From contig OZ320313.1 in the NCBI GenBank assembly GCA_976226885.1, positions 64,976,001 to 65,040,000 on the forward strand: a stretch of DNA of 64,000 bases, read 5' to 3'. Shown piece by piece: positions 26,812 through 39,691 of this stretch. A program made the translations under genes and the position numbers. The notes below the pieces were generated by a model that saw nothing but the letters and a program-made list of their open reading frames with translations, had not been told where the DNA came from and searched no databases. Source of the DNA: Iphione sp. A-MEVVRFRX5 (Eukaryota). Numbering within the stretch: position 1 is the stretch's first letter; each line of letters opens with the position of its first letter.

Positions 26812-28709
26812 AGAGGAAAACTGGCAGAACAACCAGCAAAAGTGGGTCTTTGCCAATCATCTATTCTATCATAAGCACTCCAGCAAGATTTGGCGTACTA
26901 ATCTCATTGTACCTAGGCCGCTTCTCATTGAACTTGGGAGGAGTTGGTTTCTACAGGAAAAAGGAGTGATTAATTGCTCCTCATAGCTTCAAAGAGGCTG
27001 TAAATCTTCCCTCCTCGGTGATAAAGCTGGGAACGATGTTCCTCGTGGCGATCACCGAAGCGTACCGATAAAGCAGTGTCAGATGAATGACAATCACTTA
27101 AGATGACGCACCAAAAACGTACCTTTGCCCGCCTAAGATGGAGTGGAGACGCTAGCAGTAGACAGTATAAGGTATTCGTATCAGTCCGGCACGAAGGAAT
27201 CGGATGTATAGTGTCAGAGCCCATCCCACTTTTCAGTGTCTACGCAGCCTCACCAGGGAAATTCAATTCATTTTCGTGATTTCCTGTAGTAAGTCCGTTT
27301 TAAATTTAATTTACAAGTGTCTATTTCTTTGCTGTCATTATGAACAGTTCTCTTTTGCTATTACCGTTTTCTTATGTGTTGCCTCTATTTGCCTCGCTGT
27401 ATGTTCAGTGTGTTCTCAAATTTTCTTCCGTCAACAGCCACCATTCTGTCCCTGATTATCTGCCTGTCTAGCTGGCTTTGCGTCTGCTTCTGTCTGTCAC
27501 CATGTATGTGTCCCTTATATTTATTCTTTTAGTTTGTTTTCCCAAATCAATCATTCAGTTTATCTTTTTTCTATTTACCTGGAAGGTTTTCGATTTTTCA
27601 TTCTTTGTATCGCCACCGTCTCCTTAATTGTCTTTCTATATAGATGTATACAGATAAGCACATATAGACATCTATACGTATTTATATGTGTATGCACATG
27701 CATGTATACACCTTGAGTTACAAAGTTCGAGCTCAGTAAGCATGAATAACGCATGGTGTAAACACAGTCTATATGCATGGATTCATACGTTTCCAGCGAG
27801 GCATGAACCTAATTTCCCAGAGTGACCCTAGCAATATTTCCACTCGGCTCGCTATCAGACGATGGACGTTACCAGACCATTTGACACGATTCACTAATGA
27901 CTCGCACTGATTGACATATTGATGACATGGCGACATTATGATGTCTCACAGACATTGCGTAACTACTACATGCGCATTGGGGGAAAAGTTACAACCTTAA
28001 TTCATTTAGTGAATCATGTCAGTGATATACATACAAAACGAAGAGTGCCTTTGTTTGCGGAATGCCCTTCTTGACTCGTGAATTTACATTATGGGTGAAT
28101 ATCATTGTTTTTTATATAGTACGTCACAGAAGTAAGCACGTAGATGGCTGCTGGCAACGTAAAGGGCTCCTCATGCATATCATTGATACGCAGGACCCAC
28201 ATAGTGCTTATTTGAAAGTCCTCTGAAGTAAGACCACTCGGATGGACGGACAAGGTCGAGGCCTTTATATCAGGACACGCTAATCTGATGGTGTGCTTCA
28301 TTAAATCAGGGCAAGCGACGAAGCACGTCTGTCTGAATTTGGTCACGCAGACAAGAGAACCCGCACAGAGAACACTGGTGTGGCGTTCACAGTAAGATGA
28401 TGTTAATTCGCAGGCGTCTAGGTTATTTTCACATTCGTAATGAAAGTCGTTTTTTAGGCAAAGACGCTTGACATTGGCCTTCATGACGAACGACGTCGCC
28501 AGGTTATCCTGGAATACATGTAGAACTACATGTACATATACGTCACGATTGAAAATAACGTTGCTTTGTTATTTTATTTTTTTTTATTTTATTGCCTTCT
28601 TACTTTTGACCTGTAATTTCCACTCACACATTCAAGAGAGAATATAAAATTATTATTTTCTCCTCTATACCTATCACTTTATTACATTTTAAATGAGATT
28701 TAATTTAAA

Positions 28710-28940
28710 TCACCAAAACATAGCCTGATGAGCTCTGATGAGCGAAACCCTGTTATTTCTCTATTTACTGTTGCACCGAGATGACAATAATTTATTATGA
28801 CAGAGAAATAAACCTCCACTTACATGAATAAGAAAGGACTATATCCTAGCATGGAGAGCCATTAAGTGATAGGGTATATCAATGGCCAGGAGACATAGTA
28901 ACAACATTCCATTTGCCACAACAGGGTAGCTATTTGGTGA
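28710..28940 (+). ncRNA. Type I hammerhead ribozyme with a 165-nt insertion in stem III; predicted cleavage 3' of 28928 (GUA)
   Basis: Core CTGATGA 28725-28731; stem II GCTC/GAGC with TGAT loop 28732-28743; GAA 28744-28746; stem III ACCCTGTT (28747-28754) pairs with AACAGGGT (28920-28927); H17 is A28928; stem I ATAGC/GCTAT (28720-28724 with 28929-28933), AAC bulge, then TCACCAA/TTGGTGA (28710-28716 with 28934-28940). All invariant core nucleotides are present. Confidence 0.9.
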
Positions 28941-29813
28941 CTAGACAGCTCTTTTTTCGTCTCACACTGAAAATAACCTCGCGTTTTGTTTTCCATGTAC
29001 ATGTTATTCGTTGTCGTTAGAAGCTAAAACCACGAAATATTGGTTGTTTAGAAATGAACCAGTGTTTTATGTATAAATATATTCTTAGGGCCCCAAGTAC
29101 TATTACATCTGCCATATTCAATTTCCTGAGTAATGTGCATTAAAGGGCAAAAAATATATAATAATGTTGGGAAAGATAGATCCCCTCTGCATTGACATTT
29201 AGGAAGGAAACATAGATCAGCTTCAACTCTCTGCTATGGACTCCCCCTCCTCCTTTCACAGCAAAACATGATGGAAGAGAAAATTACTCCAAATGACACT
29301 AACTCTGTAATGCTTCTACGTTTACATAACAAAACATATTTACAAGCAACGCCTCAAACTATCGCAATATTGATGTGTTATGGCTCTAGAATAAGTCACC
29401 TTGTGATTCCGAATGGACTGTGAAATGTGCAGAGAATACAATTCGTAATTTTCTACTCCAACCTGCTTATATTTAGAGTTGAAAAGAAGATCCCCAAGAC
29501 ATCATCTCGAGCAATCTGTGCAAAGATGTTTCGCAGCCTAAAAGAATCCTTATCCTTAACTCACGTAATGAAGAGGCCACCCAATTACAAGTAACTGTGT
29601 TTCTGTTCGTAGCCTTGTAATTATGCTTATAGGTAGGCGAATGTGATTTATCCCCAAACTAGGAGGTCATTACTCAACTTTGTTCCTAGCCTTGTCAGAC
29701 TTAAGTGGTTGCATTTCGTAGCCGTGCTCCCGAGTGGCCTCTTCTCACATTGGACCAAGTTACCGCGGTAACCACCCTGGGTTAGAAAGATCTTTTATGA
29801 TTGATGTCCAGTT

Positions 29814-29938
29814 TGACGTCAGCGCCACCTAACCGTCGACCCGCATGTCACAGGAGGTTAACCAATCAGCAAGCACCTTACTTGGACCGTTTGTCCATGG
29901 TGTAGATAGCAGGCGACTAAACTGGGCTTTGATTGGTT
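29814..29938. promoter_or_regulatory. CRE plus an inverted pair of CCAAT boxes
   Basis: TGACGTCA at 29814-29821; AACCAATCA at 29860-29868 and its exact reverse complement TGATTGGTT at 29930-29938. Confidence 0.35.
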
Positions 29939-32348
29939 GTGGGTCCTCATGCTCTCGGGCTGGCTAGTGTAGATAACTGGTGTCCCAGACCGCCGTTATG
30001 AAAGGTGTGCGTGGCGTTTCCCGCCGGCAAGCAGAAAAGCACGGGGCAATGACAGACCTATCAAAGCCGCTCTGGTTTGGTACTGAATATAGATACACAA
30101 TCAACATGGGAATCTCACGCAAAGAACTTCCTGCTACGTAATATACCGTCCATGTTGTAAACGACTGTTTGACATCTACTGTGATTTGCCGACCGGTGTC
30201 CTTGTACATATTTTCATGTGAGATTATGTCGGGTTTCATGTTAAGAAAATTCATCTGGCTCTCGGTCGAAGCCTTTGGTTATAGATGTAAGGTATTTTTT
30301 TAAAGTACATGTACTTCTGATGCTGCGGTAAACAGATATGATGGAAGCGGGAGAAGAAACACTGGATAGTGTAATACTGTACTGTAATTCATTGATTGCC
30401 AACATTGTCATATGATGCAAAACAGCCGCTTTCAAGTACATGTATACACATTGAAACTTCCAAGGCTAGTCTTGGCGAGCTATTTCTACTGGCGGACTGT
30501 AAGACTCTTATCATTTCCCTCGTCGCTTAGCACTGGAGCACCCAGTCCATCTTGCACTAATTCTGTCCAGACTAGACCTTCTTTGAGCCCGTTTGGAGAT
30601 TTGCTGGGTTCACGATATGTTTCCTTTTCGACACAAGACAAAAGAAACGAATGACAGGGCGTGAGGAAGCAGATGTTAGCCTTGGAGGAAGGTCTTTTGA
30701 AGGACTTTCAGTCTGCGATTTGATGTAGAATCCCGTTATTATAATGCTATTCGTCACCTGTGGAACCAAGAGGCAGGTCCTCCAAGCCTAAAGACGTACT
30801 ACAGCTTCAGCTGTCTGTTTAGTGTAATTTTACAATTAGCTTTTGTCTTTTGATTATTCACATGAGCCTTATGTTAGGTGCTCACTGGAATCTGAGTTTT
30901 AAGTACAAAGTTCGCGTTTTAGTAGTATAAGAAACCGAGAAAATGAACTCGACTCCACCCTAAAGGTTTTCGCGGTCTCTAGGCAGCATGTTTGTACCCT
31001 GCACTTCTCAATTTGTCCTCATTTTCGGCCCCTGTTCTTGGGTATAGGCACGTATACGTAAAACAAGGTTTATAACAGTGTTTATACTAGCCCTGTTTTT
31101 TCCGCGTTCAGAATTGCTGTCAAGGGAGCCATTGGTGGTGATTGACATTGATACGGGCAGGTCTCAAGGGGACACGAGACCTTGGTGGAAAGCGAATGGT
31201 TGTTTGAAGCAACATAGTGCTATGTGCACACTACTGCACTCGCTCTATTAGTAAATGGTAAATTGGCGAGAGCCTCAAGTATTCCTGACATAGAAACAAC
31301 AGACTTCCTGATGCAAATTCCTTACAAGCTCTTGTGAACAGTCATTGTGTTCGAGGATACCGTGTTTGGTCATGTGAGCGTGATAAATCGGTGAACTGTG
31401 GTTAACCCCTGGAGGACCTGCAGTGCTTAGGTTCCCTCCTCGGATTATTCTCTCTAGCCTGCTTACTTATAAGGAATTCCAGACTTTTTATCGTAGTTTC
31501 ACGTTTTATGGTTTGAAATAAAAAGTATTTGACAGAGATGAATATAGCAGCGAAAATCTTTTTCACTTTCGAAACCTGACGTCACTGGTATCCGAACCAC
31601 AGTGTTGACTGTGCTCGCTTATTTTCCGGTCCTTATAAATTGAAAGAGTTTAGAACATAAAGCTACAGCCCAGTAGACTTTATTGTGATTGTCCCAGGAC
31701 CATGCCAGCTGTCTGCACCAAACTTCAATTTCGGAGGTATTCCATCCACGCCTCTCCGATTGAGGAGGCGACTGGGAGCAGACATGGGGCAGCATGGACG
31801 TACTTAACGTATTGAAAGTCACTGCCACCAGAACCGTAATGATGATTGTTTTCATGCTACATTTGTTGCGTGTCACCTTGGAGCATGACTTGCCATAGTG
31901 ACCACAATGCTGCATGATAACTTTACAATACATGACGTCAAACACTTCTCGGCCATTTGATTCCTTCCATCTCACAAAGCAGGTGACAATACGACCTCGT
32001 TTGCTGCTCTCGTGTTTCAGATTTGAAAGTACAGTTTCATACATGTCCGTAGATCGTAGTCCTGTCAGTGTTGCAATTCCCTGAAGTCATAAGAATGACG
32101 TGTGTGCAAAGAATGTTAAAAAAAATCATACGCGCACACACAGACACATTCACACATATAGGCACACACGCACAGACAGATCATCATGCATACCATGAGA
32201 AACTGGCCGTCAGTTACAAAACTTAGGAAGATGCGAACTCTTCACCTTCCGGACACACCGGCCAAACTCCGTGACTATGCATCCTTCAATCTGAGACTGC
32301 GTCACAGCGTAGGAACATTGGCCAGATCGATGCAGAATCGATTAAAAA

Positions 32349-32429
32349 ACAAATGATGAGTTTCGCGCGCGACCAACTCATTTCCATTGATCCGTGCGAC
32401 GCAGGCGTCTCCCGCCGCATCGCTGATGT
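32349..32429 (+). ncRNA. Weak box C/D snoRNA-like candidate
   Basis: Box C ATGATGA at 32353-32359, box D CTGA at 32423-32426, 3-bp terminal stem ACA/TGT; internal C'/D' boxes are degenerate at best. Confidence 0.2.
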
Positions 32430-32746
32430 GCCAACACACTGCCCTGTGACATCACGAATCCTGCATCCTCAGGCTCGCCATCATTGGCCACTCCCAAGCG
32501 GTCGACCTTTCTTGTTCTCAATCAACCTTAGAGATGGCGTTTGGGATTAGCTCGTAGTCAATGGACTCCATGGCTCTCTACCATGGCTGAGGTATTGATC
32601 AGGTACCAAAATTAGTGCCAGTCTCCATGGCATCAAACGGTCCGGAACAAAAACGGTTGCATACGAACATTGATGTTTCGGAGGTCTAGTGTTACCGCCT
32701 CTCCATCACCTACACTGAGGTGACGGTGTCACTCTCTTCCTGTCGT

Positions 32747-32883
32747 NNNNNNNNNNNNNNNNNNNNNNNNNNNNNNNNNNNNNNNNNNNNNNNNNNNNNN
32801 NNNNNNNNNNNNNNNNNNNNNNNNNNNNNNNNNNNNNNNNNNNNNNNNNNNNNNNNNNNNNNNNNNNNNNNNNNNNNNNNNNN
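32747..32883. other. Assembly gap (137 N)
   Basis: Run of N. Confidence 0.99.
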
Positions 32884-34593
32884 GAATAAAAAAAAATCAG
32901 GAAAGACAAGGACGGCGGCCAGAATGGCAAAGCAACAGATACTGATAGACATCCTTGTGTGAAAACAATGGCGGGGGGATGAGGAGGAGTCCATTCCTAT
33001 GTGCGAATTCGTGTAATGATGCTTTCTTGAAGTGTTTACCTATGTTCGAAAGGCAGAAAAAAAACCCTAATCTATAAAACGATGCACCTGATTCCGCGAA
33101 GCTCGATACGACTCTCCTTTTATAATCTCCTCTGAGGTGCCACCATTGCCACGCCTTAGTAATGCCTGAAAACACCGCGAGTGCTTCTTAATAGAAAATA
33201 GAGCAAAACACTTTACTTTGATGTATAAATGAGACGCTCTGTAATGTATATATTTCACTAGAAAACATCCTTAAACGAGCGACATGAAAGTATTGGCCGA
33301 TGGGCACCCAACATCTCCTCTGCCAGCCTCCTGGCAACGCCTGTACTTCAGTAAAACATCAGTAGCTTTTTGTTGTCGTCGTTTTTTTCCTGTTACCTTA
33401 TGTAAAGATCTAGCCTTAGCAAACAGGATATTAGGGAGGAAATTACCAGTTAAAAGGAACTTGTAGATAGGACATTAAAAGAAGCAACCGTCTTGTATTT
33501 ATGTCTTTATGTATTCAAACAAATGTTGGCCAATGTTAACGAAGCAACGAAAGAACCAAGTTTTCACGAAGAGTCTTGCACCAAGAGTAAAATCCTTCGT
33601 TTTAACATGTAGTGTCCTCTTCACGTACACAAGCTAATGTACGTATTTCTTTTTTGCCATAATATCCTATAAATCTGGATGTCTAGCCTCTTTCTATCAA
33701 CAACTCTCGATATATCAGTTTATTAGACTGAAATACTTTGGAACAAATGGATAAAGGTACATCCAGCTGCAAAAGAGAAAAACTCTAGCTCAGATCACTC
33801 CGTTAAGCCCTTCTTTTCGTAATCGTAAGAGTAGCTATCCTCTATATGCAATATATTTGCCGAAGCAGTGAATATCGTAATAGGTTTCAAAAGAGATACA
33901 TATGCGCGCTTAACGATTTACAAAGATATGTCATCTTTTGAAATATATCTTCCATCACGGTACAAGACAACTTAAGAACGATTTTAATAAATTCGATTTT
34001 ATTGGTGAACTTAAGATTGTTCGCATGACGGTCACAAATACATTTAGAGAAAGGGAAGACAAATGTAGGAAGGGAGGAGATTGCGCAGGAGTGAAGCAAA
34101 ACTTCGATGGGGATCAGTTGATGTAATGCATAATTTCTGGCCAGAAATGCAATAAAGCCACCTCCGTAAAGCACATATTCTCGTTCCTCCTAATGGACGA
34201 TAGGGCCATCAGACATAGATTCTGCCATAGCCACACCCGCAGAAGTGACAGACTCTGTCACCGCAACTCGGAAACCGCGTTTGCGTGCACCCCGGGGGGC
34301 GTCTGGGTAACGCATGCGCCGTGACTTGACGATTGTCCTGCTCATTTCGAGGACGTAAGGGACATTTGTGTTCCGCACTTATCATACACATGGATTCAGG
34401 GAATGGTCTTATTATTTACACTACGAATCGCAGAAGATGGACGTTAGACTTAGTATGTATTTTAGCTGTACGGCCCTTAAGATTATTTCCAGTTATTAAA
34501 AAAGTACTGTTCCATATGGCAGTATGTTTATCTATGCGTAGCTTCCGGCCTCTTTGTGACTGTCACTATCTGTTTGCGTCTATATCTTTGTGC

Positions 34594-34657
34594 CTGTCTG
34601 TCTGGTTGTCTGTCTGTCTGTCTCACGCTGTCTGTCTGTCTGTCTGTCTGTCTGTCT
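34594..34657. repeat. Interrupted (TCTG)n microsatellite
   Basis: Read directly from the sequence. Confidence 0.9.
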
Positions 34658-36361
34658 TATTTTGATACATAACTCTTCATCCCTGTTTCTCATACAGTTT
34701 TGTCACCAATCTATGTGTGCAGCAGAATCACTAATGCCTTAGCAGGAAACGAGACAGCCGACAAAGAAAGTGAAATAAATGTTCTGATGGCGTCAGCACG
34801 ACTAAATTTATGGAGACAATATTCGTATAATGCCATGGAAGAGTTCTCTGTGTGTGTGACGTAATTATAGTTATCTTTAAGAAATACACACATCAAGCAG
34901 AATCTACTCGTAGCTTCAAACTTACCATTTCCCTTTCAACAGTGATTTTTCCGGCGAGTGAGTTCACTCAAATGCTGCTCTGACGATCTTTATTGCCTAG
35001 TGTGATATGAAAGTCTGTAAATGAAACGGAAAGAGCATGCTATCGTTGATCTTTCGTGGAAAGCGCGCAGAGGAGTATAACGATTTACATACCAGCTTAT
35101 CGAGGTTTCCCGCTACACGCCCAGATGGGACGTGCTCATCAACACCTTTCGTCTCCGCTTTGCTACGTCTTATATATGAATAAATATACGCAATGAATAC
35201 TGAACATATAAAAGAATAATGTGGAACAGTAATAGTCGTCTATAAAGAAAAATTGTCCCATTCCTTCCCATGACAATGCCGCCCTAGATTCCTCACGTGG
35301 ATAATGCAGATATCATGTATGATCGATATGAGAGACTTGTATAGGCTTGTCGGTCTGGAGACTCTGCGTGTCTCTTCTCCACTAACGAAAAGGCTGTTTC
35401 TCATACAAATCACACGTCATGTCTTCATAATCTATCACGGTGCCTGTAAAATGCTGTGTGTTTCCTGATTCCTTTTCCGTCATAAAATACCACTTCCCAA
35501 ATGGTGACCTCCTGCGCGGCTTTCAGTGTCTACTGCTGTACATAGGTAATTGCCCACGGGGCTCTTGGCGGTGCCGGCAGAGGAAGGAAGTCATACATAT
35601 ATGATCAATGGACTTAGCCTCAGATGTCCCTCGCCTGCTGCCACCTGCCCTCTCATCCGTCTAGCGCACATCCCGTGTCCTTCAAGGAATCCCCAATGGC
35701 ATTCTGTCACTCTCCTTCACTTTGTTGAACGCATACGTCACAGCGGTCGCCGTGTTTGTTGGGGAGAATACCGGCGGGTTGATACGAATCTTTATGTTTT
35801 GATAAAACAAGTCGGCACTGCTATGTCACAGATCCTCTATGCATATTTCTTCGGATTGAAAAAGCCTTTGTTGACACACCGTTGTTCACGGATAAAACTA
35901 TCCATTAAAAGAGAACTTGATGTTTCTGACGAAGCAGTGTTTTCTTTTTAAAATGACTTTTTGGGGGCCTTGTTCAAAGATTCATTGTCATAGATTATGA
36001 GACAGTCCTTTGGTTACACTCTGTATCCTACCAAACCTATAGATTCAATAACCGGAAATCCGATACATACCAAAGAAATGCCTCGAACCTCACAGCTTTT
36101 ACATCCATCCGTGTATTTTCACCACATTACACTCTTCAGAGGAAAGGTCTGCCTCGTGAAGAAGAGGGCCTATAATGTCCTCAGATTCCTTCGTATTATC
36201 CAGTGTTCAACCACAGGTTTGAGCTTTCTCTCTCTTTCATCGAAAAACTCACACGATAGATATACGTTCTGAACGATTACATTTATAGAGGGTCGGCATC
36301 ATAATATATAGATGATCAAATAAAGTTGAATACACCAACAACACAATGGAGTTCAGGTTTA

Positions 36362-36404
36362 AATCCCAACGTTTCGGCGTACAGAGTTGCCTTCATCGGG
36401 GATT
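36362..36404 (-). mobile_element. Degenerate minimal hammerhead motif of the Penelope-like-element type (likely PLE remnant)
   Basis: The - strand reads AATCC-CCGATGA-A-GGC-AACTCTGTAC-GCC-GAAA-CGTT-G-GGATT: stem I AATCC(C)/(G)GGATT, stem II GGC/GCC, palindromic AACGTT in place of stem III. Core U4 is replaced by C or deleted. No RT or GIY-YIG coding remnant was recognised nearby. Confidence 0.5.
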
Positions 36405-37209
36405 ATATAGATAAGTTCCGAATGGCGTCGTTCACTATCGTTCCGAATATATTGTACATAAATTTGCTTTTTGTCAATAGGGGAAGTCGATGTATTGGCA
36501 GTTGTCAATGCAGACCCTTTTCCTGGTGTCCTTTCAGGAACCCATACATTTCTGCATGAAAGGGTTACCCCTGTCCAAGAGTCCATGCCCTGTCAACAAC
36601 TTTCTTATTCTTGCAGCTCCCTGCAGGCATTGCGCTGTAGGTCTTTTGGAATTTTTTGTGAATACCGTAGCTGCAGCTCAGTCCCTGCAGGCGAAGGGCA
36701 ATGTTGTGTAATTGTGTGAGAGCGCATTTGCACGTGTATTTATCCGGCCGTCTTCGACAATGTGTTCCCAGGGAGCGTTCATTGGGTTTCCAATTGGGTT
36801 TCTCTGCATGCGTCTCGCTACCTGGCTCTGCCTCCCTTTAATGGTCCTCAGTAGCTCCCCTGGTGATGGCATCCTTGTTGACGACGTGCCCTTAGTGAAA
36901 ATAGCTTATCTGGACGTGCTGAACCGACCGTTGCTGTTTGGGAGAAAATTCGAAATCGACCGTCCTCCTTGACCTCTGGCCGCGGCTCCTTTCCCCTGCA
37001 CGTCTTCGCAAGAGAGTTTCGCACTGTTCGAGAGCTGGTAACAGTTCCTAGCCACCCTTTGACACGCACATTCGTGTATTCCTGGGGTAGCTAGGCTTAG
37101 TAACTCATAATAGTGGAGTAGCTACTTTTCATTTGAAAGGAAGGGGAGGGTTCGTTTTCGATGTACACCGAGGACTCTCCACCTCGACATACCCCGCCGG
37201 TCTATCTCC

Positions 37210-37235
37210 CTGTCTGTCTGTCTGTCTGTCTGTCT
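37210..37235. repeat. (TCTG)n microsatellite
   Basis: Read directly from the sequence. Confidence 0.9.
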
Positions 37236-39691
37236 CAGTCGGGGGGTCCTGTGCGGTATGTCTTTACGTGTCGTTCACTGTTCCTCTGGTACTGCCTATT
37301 GCCATATATTGTCATTCGCTCTTTTATGTGCCTATAGATTAACAAATGTTTGGCGCTGTACTCGGGAACACACTCTTTGGCGAATGGAGGTATACGACAC
37401 CCGTTATATTCTGATGAGTGATATCAATACAGTGCTTTTGTCCAGTGGAATAATACCCGCATATCGTTGAAATTAAACCCGATCTGTGCTTGTAATGTGA
37501 AGTATGTAGTTTTCAATCGACAACATTAATCACAAACCCACTCAGGCGCGCAATGACGGAGGGCATTTATGATAATTCTGCCTTTTCGTAAAAAGAGCAG
37601 ACTTGAATTACAATATAAGTATCTAATAGAAGCCATCCATTCTACTTGATGTAATTGCCTCAGACTGAAGCTCATAAGTGTGGTAGGGTGGGTAATCGCC
37701 CTGCAGTGCGTGCAACGCAAAACGCTAGCGTTTCAATATGTTCCAGTCCCATTTTCCTCTCCTTCATCGCATGGTATGGCGAGCTATTTGCCTGACTAGT
37801 GATAAGGGTTTTGGAAGTGCTGGGAACGAAACTCAAATGTAATCTAGCGCTCGCTGATCGTTTACCACTAACGGAGTCGATGCTTCCCTAACCTCATCTA
37901 GGTACCTATAGGGAAGTAGCTCTGAATTAAATATTGTTACTTATCAGAGACAGAAAAGCTAGAGCGAAAGCGCCACATGTTTATAGAATAAAGTAATTAG
38001 CATAAAACTCTCATCTATCAATATAATAATGTCAAAAAAAGAAAAAGCAGCCAGTTGGCTTTTACCTAACACGTGTTAGGGAGTAGGGTTACTGCTTAGA
38101 CAATGAACTTCACACAAGATAAAAGCTTGTTTGTACATGTATGTAAAATCTATTACGGATCGGTTGCATCTAAGGAGCATGGGAGTTGATAAATGTCATC
38201 CTCACGGAAGGTCACGTCCTTAAACAGTAGGTTCGGGCAAGACTTTGTTGGTGTCCAAGCAATAATGAAGCCTCATTCACTTTCCGCAAACAGGGTTCAT
38301 GATACACAGAGGACATCAGTTTGGCTATGGCTGTATGATACGATATTGAATTAAGGATCGCCCACTTGGGTAGGTCTCTCATAGATAAGGCTTGCTGCAC
38401 CACCTCATACATTTATCACTGCTGACCTCTGACGTTTTCTGCCTTATTTCAGGCCCGGTTAGTGCCTGTGAAGGATAATAGGAGAATTCCTATACATGTA
38501 TAGATTTAAACTACACATGTGTATATTCAGTAGGATACATCTCTATGTAAACCGTCTTGTTTAACTTCACCCACGTTAAATGAACATTTTATTCCCAGTA
38601 AATAGCGTCGGATGAGATTCTGCCCACGTGGAAGTAATTTTGAATACATGTATATACATGTACATGTGTACCATTTATATTTTGCATGAGGCAAGTTATT
38701 TGCGATTGTTTATACAAATGTAAAAATCTTGTTGACATCGGTGGGAAGAAACACTAAACAGTATACACAAAAAACGCTTAGTATCGATGGACGTCCATTG
38801 TCTTGAAAAGGATTGTCCCCTGAATCTCGGACAATATGTGGACATTTGTAACGAGATGTTCAGTAGACATAGGAACCAGAGAAGCTATCACCAAAACGTT
38901 AGTAAACAAACGTGAAAGGCAGGACGTCCACAAATGTCGCGTAACCAATTAATCCGTGCTAGACTTAAGCACCTGAGATAATGTTATATAATTGCCCTAC
39001 TTACTGCAATATGGCTCTGACGGAGAATCAATGAAGGTCTCCTACTCCTGAATTACCCATAGCTGTAATGGATGTCACATCTTACATTTCTCTCGTAGCC
39101 CTTCATGCCCAAAGAAATATTTGAATAGGGTGCCAGATGATGGCCCAGCATCATCTACATTTAGATTTTTGGCCTTCGATAGGTAGAGTTTGGTGAACGT
39201 TAGTGAGTGGATGGAAAAGGTCTTTTGTTCCTCCTTTGATGATAAGTGGACTAATTTCTTATGCCTTTCTTCTCGTTTTTTATTTTCGCATGCAGACATG
39301 TGCGGAGCATGTTTTGCCCAAAACATACCAAAAAAGTTAATACCATAATTTCGTTTTGGAGTCTTGTTTTCAAACTTCTGTCGGTGCCACTTTCCAAGTC
39401 AGCTGCGAAAGGTAATTCTGTGGGAGAGGCCAAGGATCACGTGATGTGGCGTATTCCAAAATAGATCTGGCAGGGGCCAGACAGTGTTAGCCTCGCCCCC
39501 TGTTTATCCGTATTCGTTGGTGAAGCCTGGTACGCTTACATCAGCAAGGATTCGGCCAAGTCTAGCCTGGTGAGCTAGCTCCTCTAAAGTGGATAACATA
39601 GTACAAATAGTGCTCTATCCGCAAACCTAGTCTTGGATCTAACTTCATCGTTCTTATTCCATTCGGCAGATGACGCTTGGTAGAGCCAAGC

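Noticed and set aside
34245-34261. 8-bp inverted repeat GTGACAGA-C-TCTGTCAC
   Set aside because: Within chance expectation for 64 kb.
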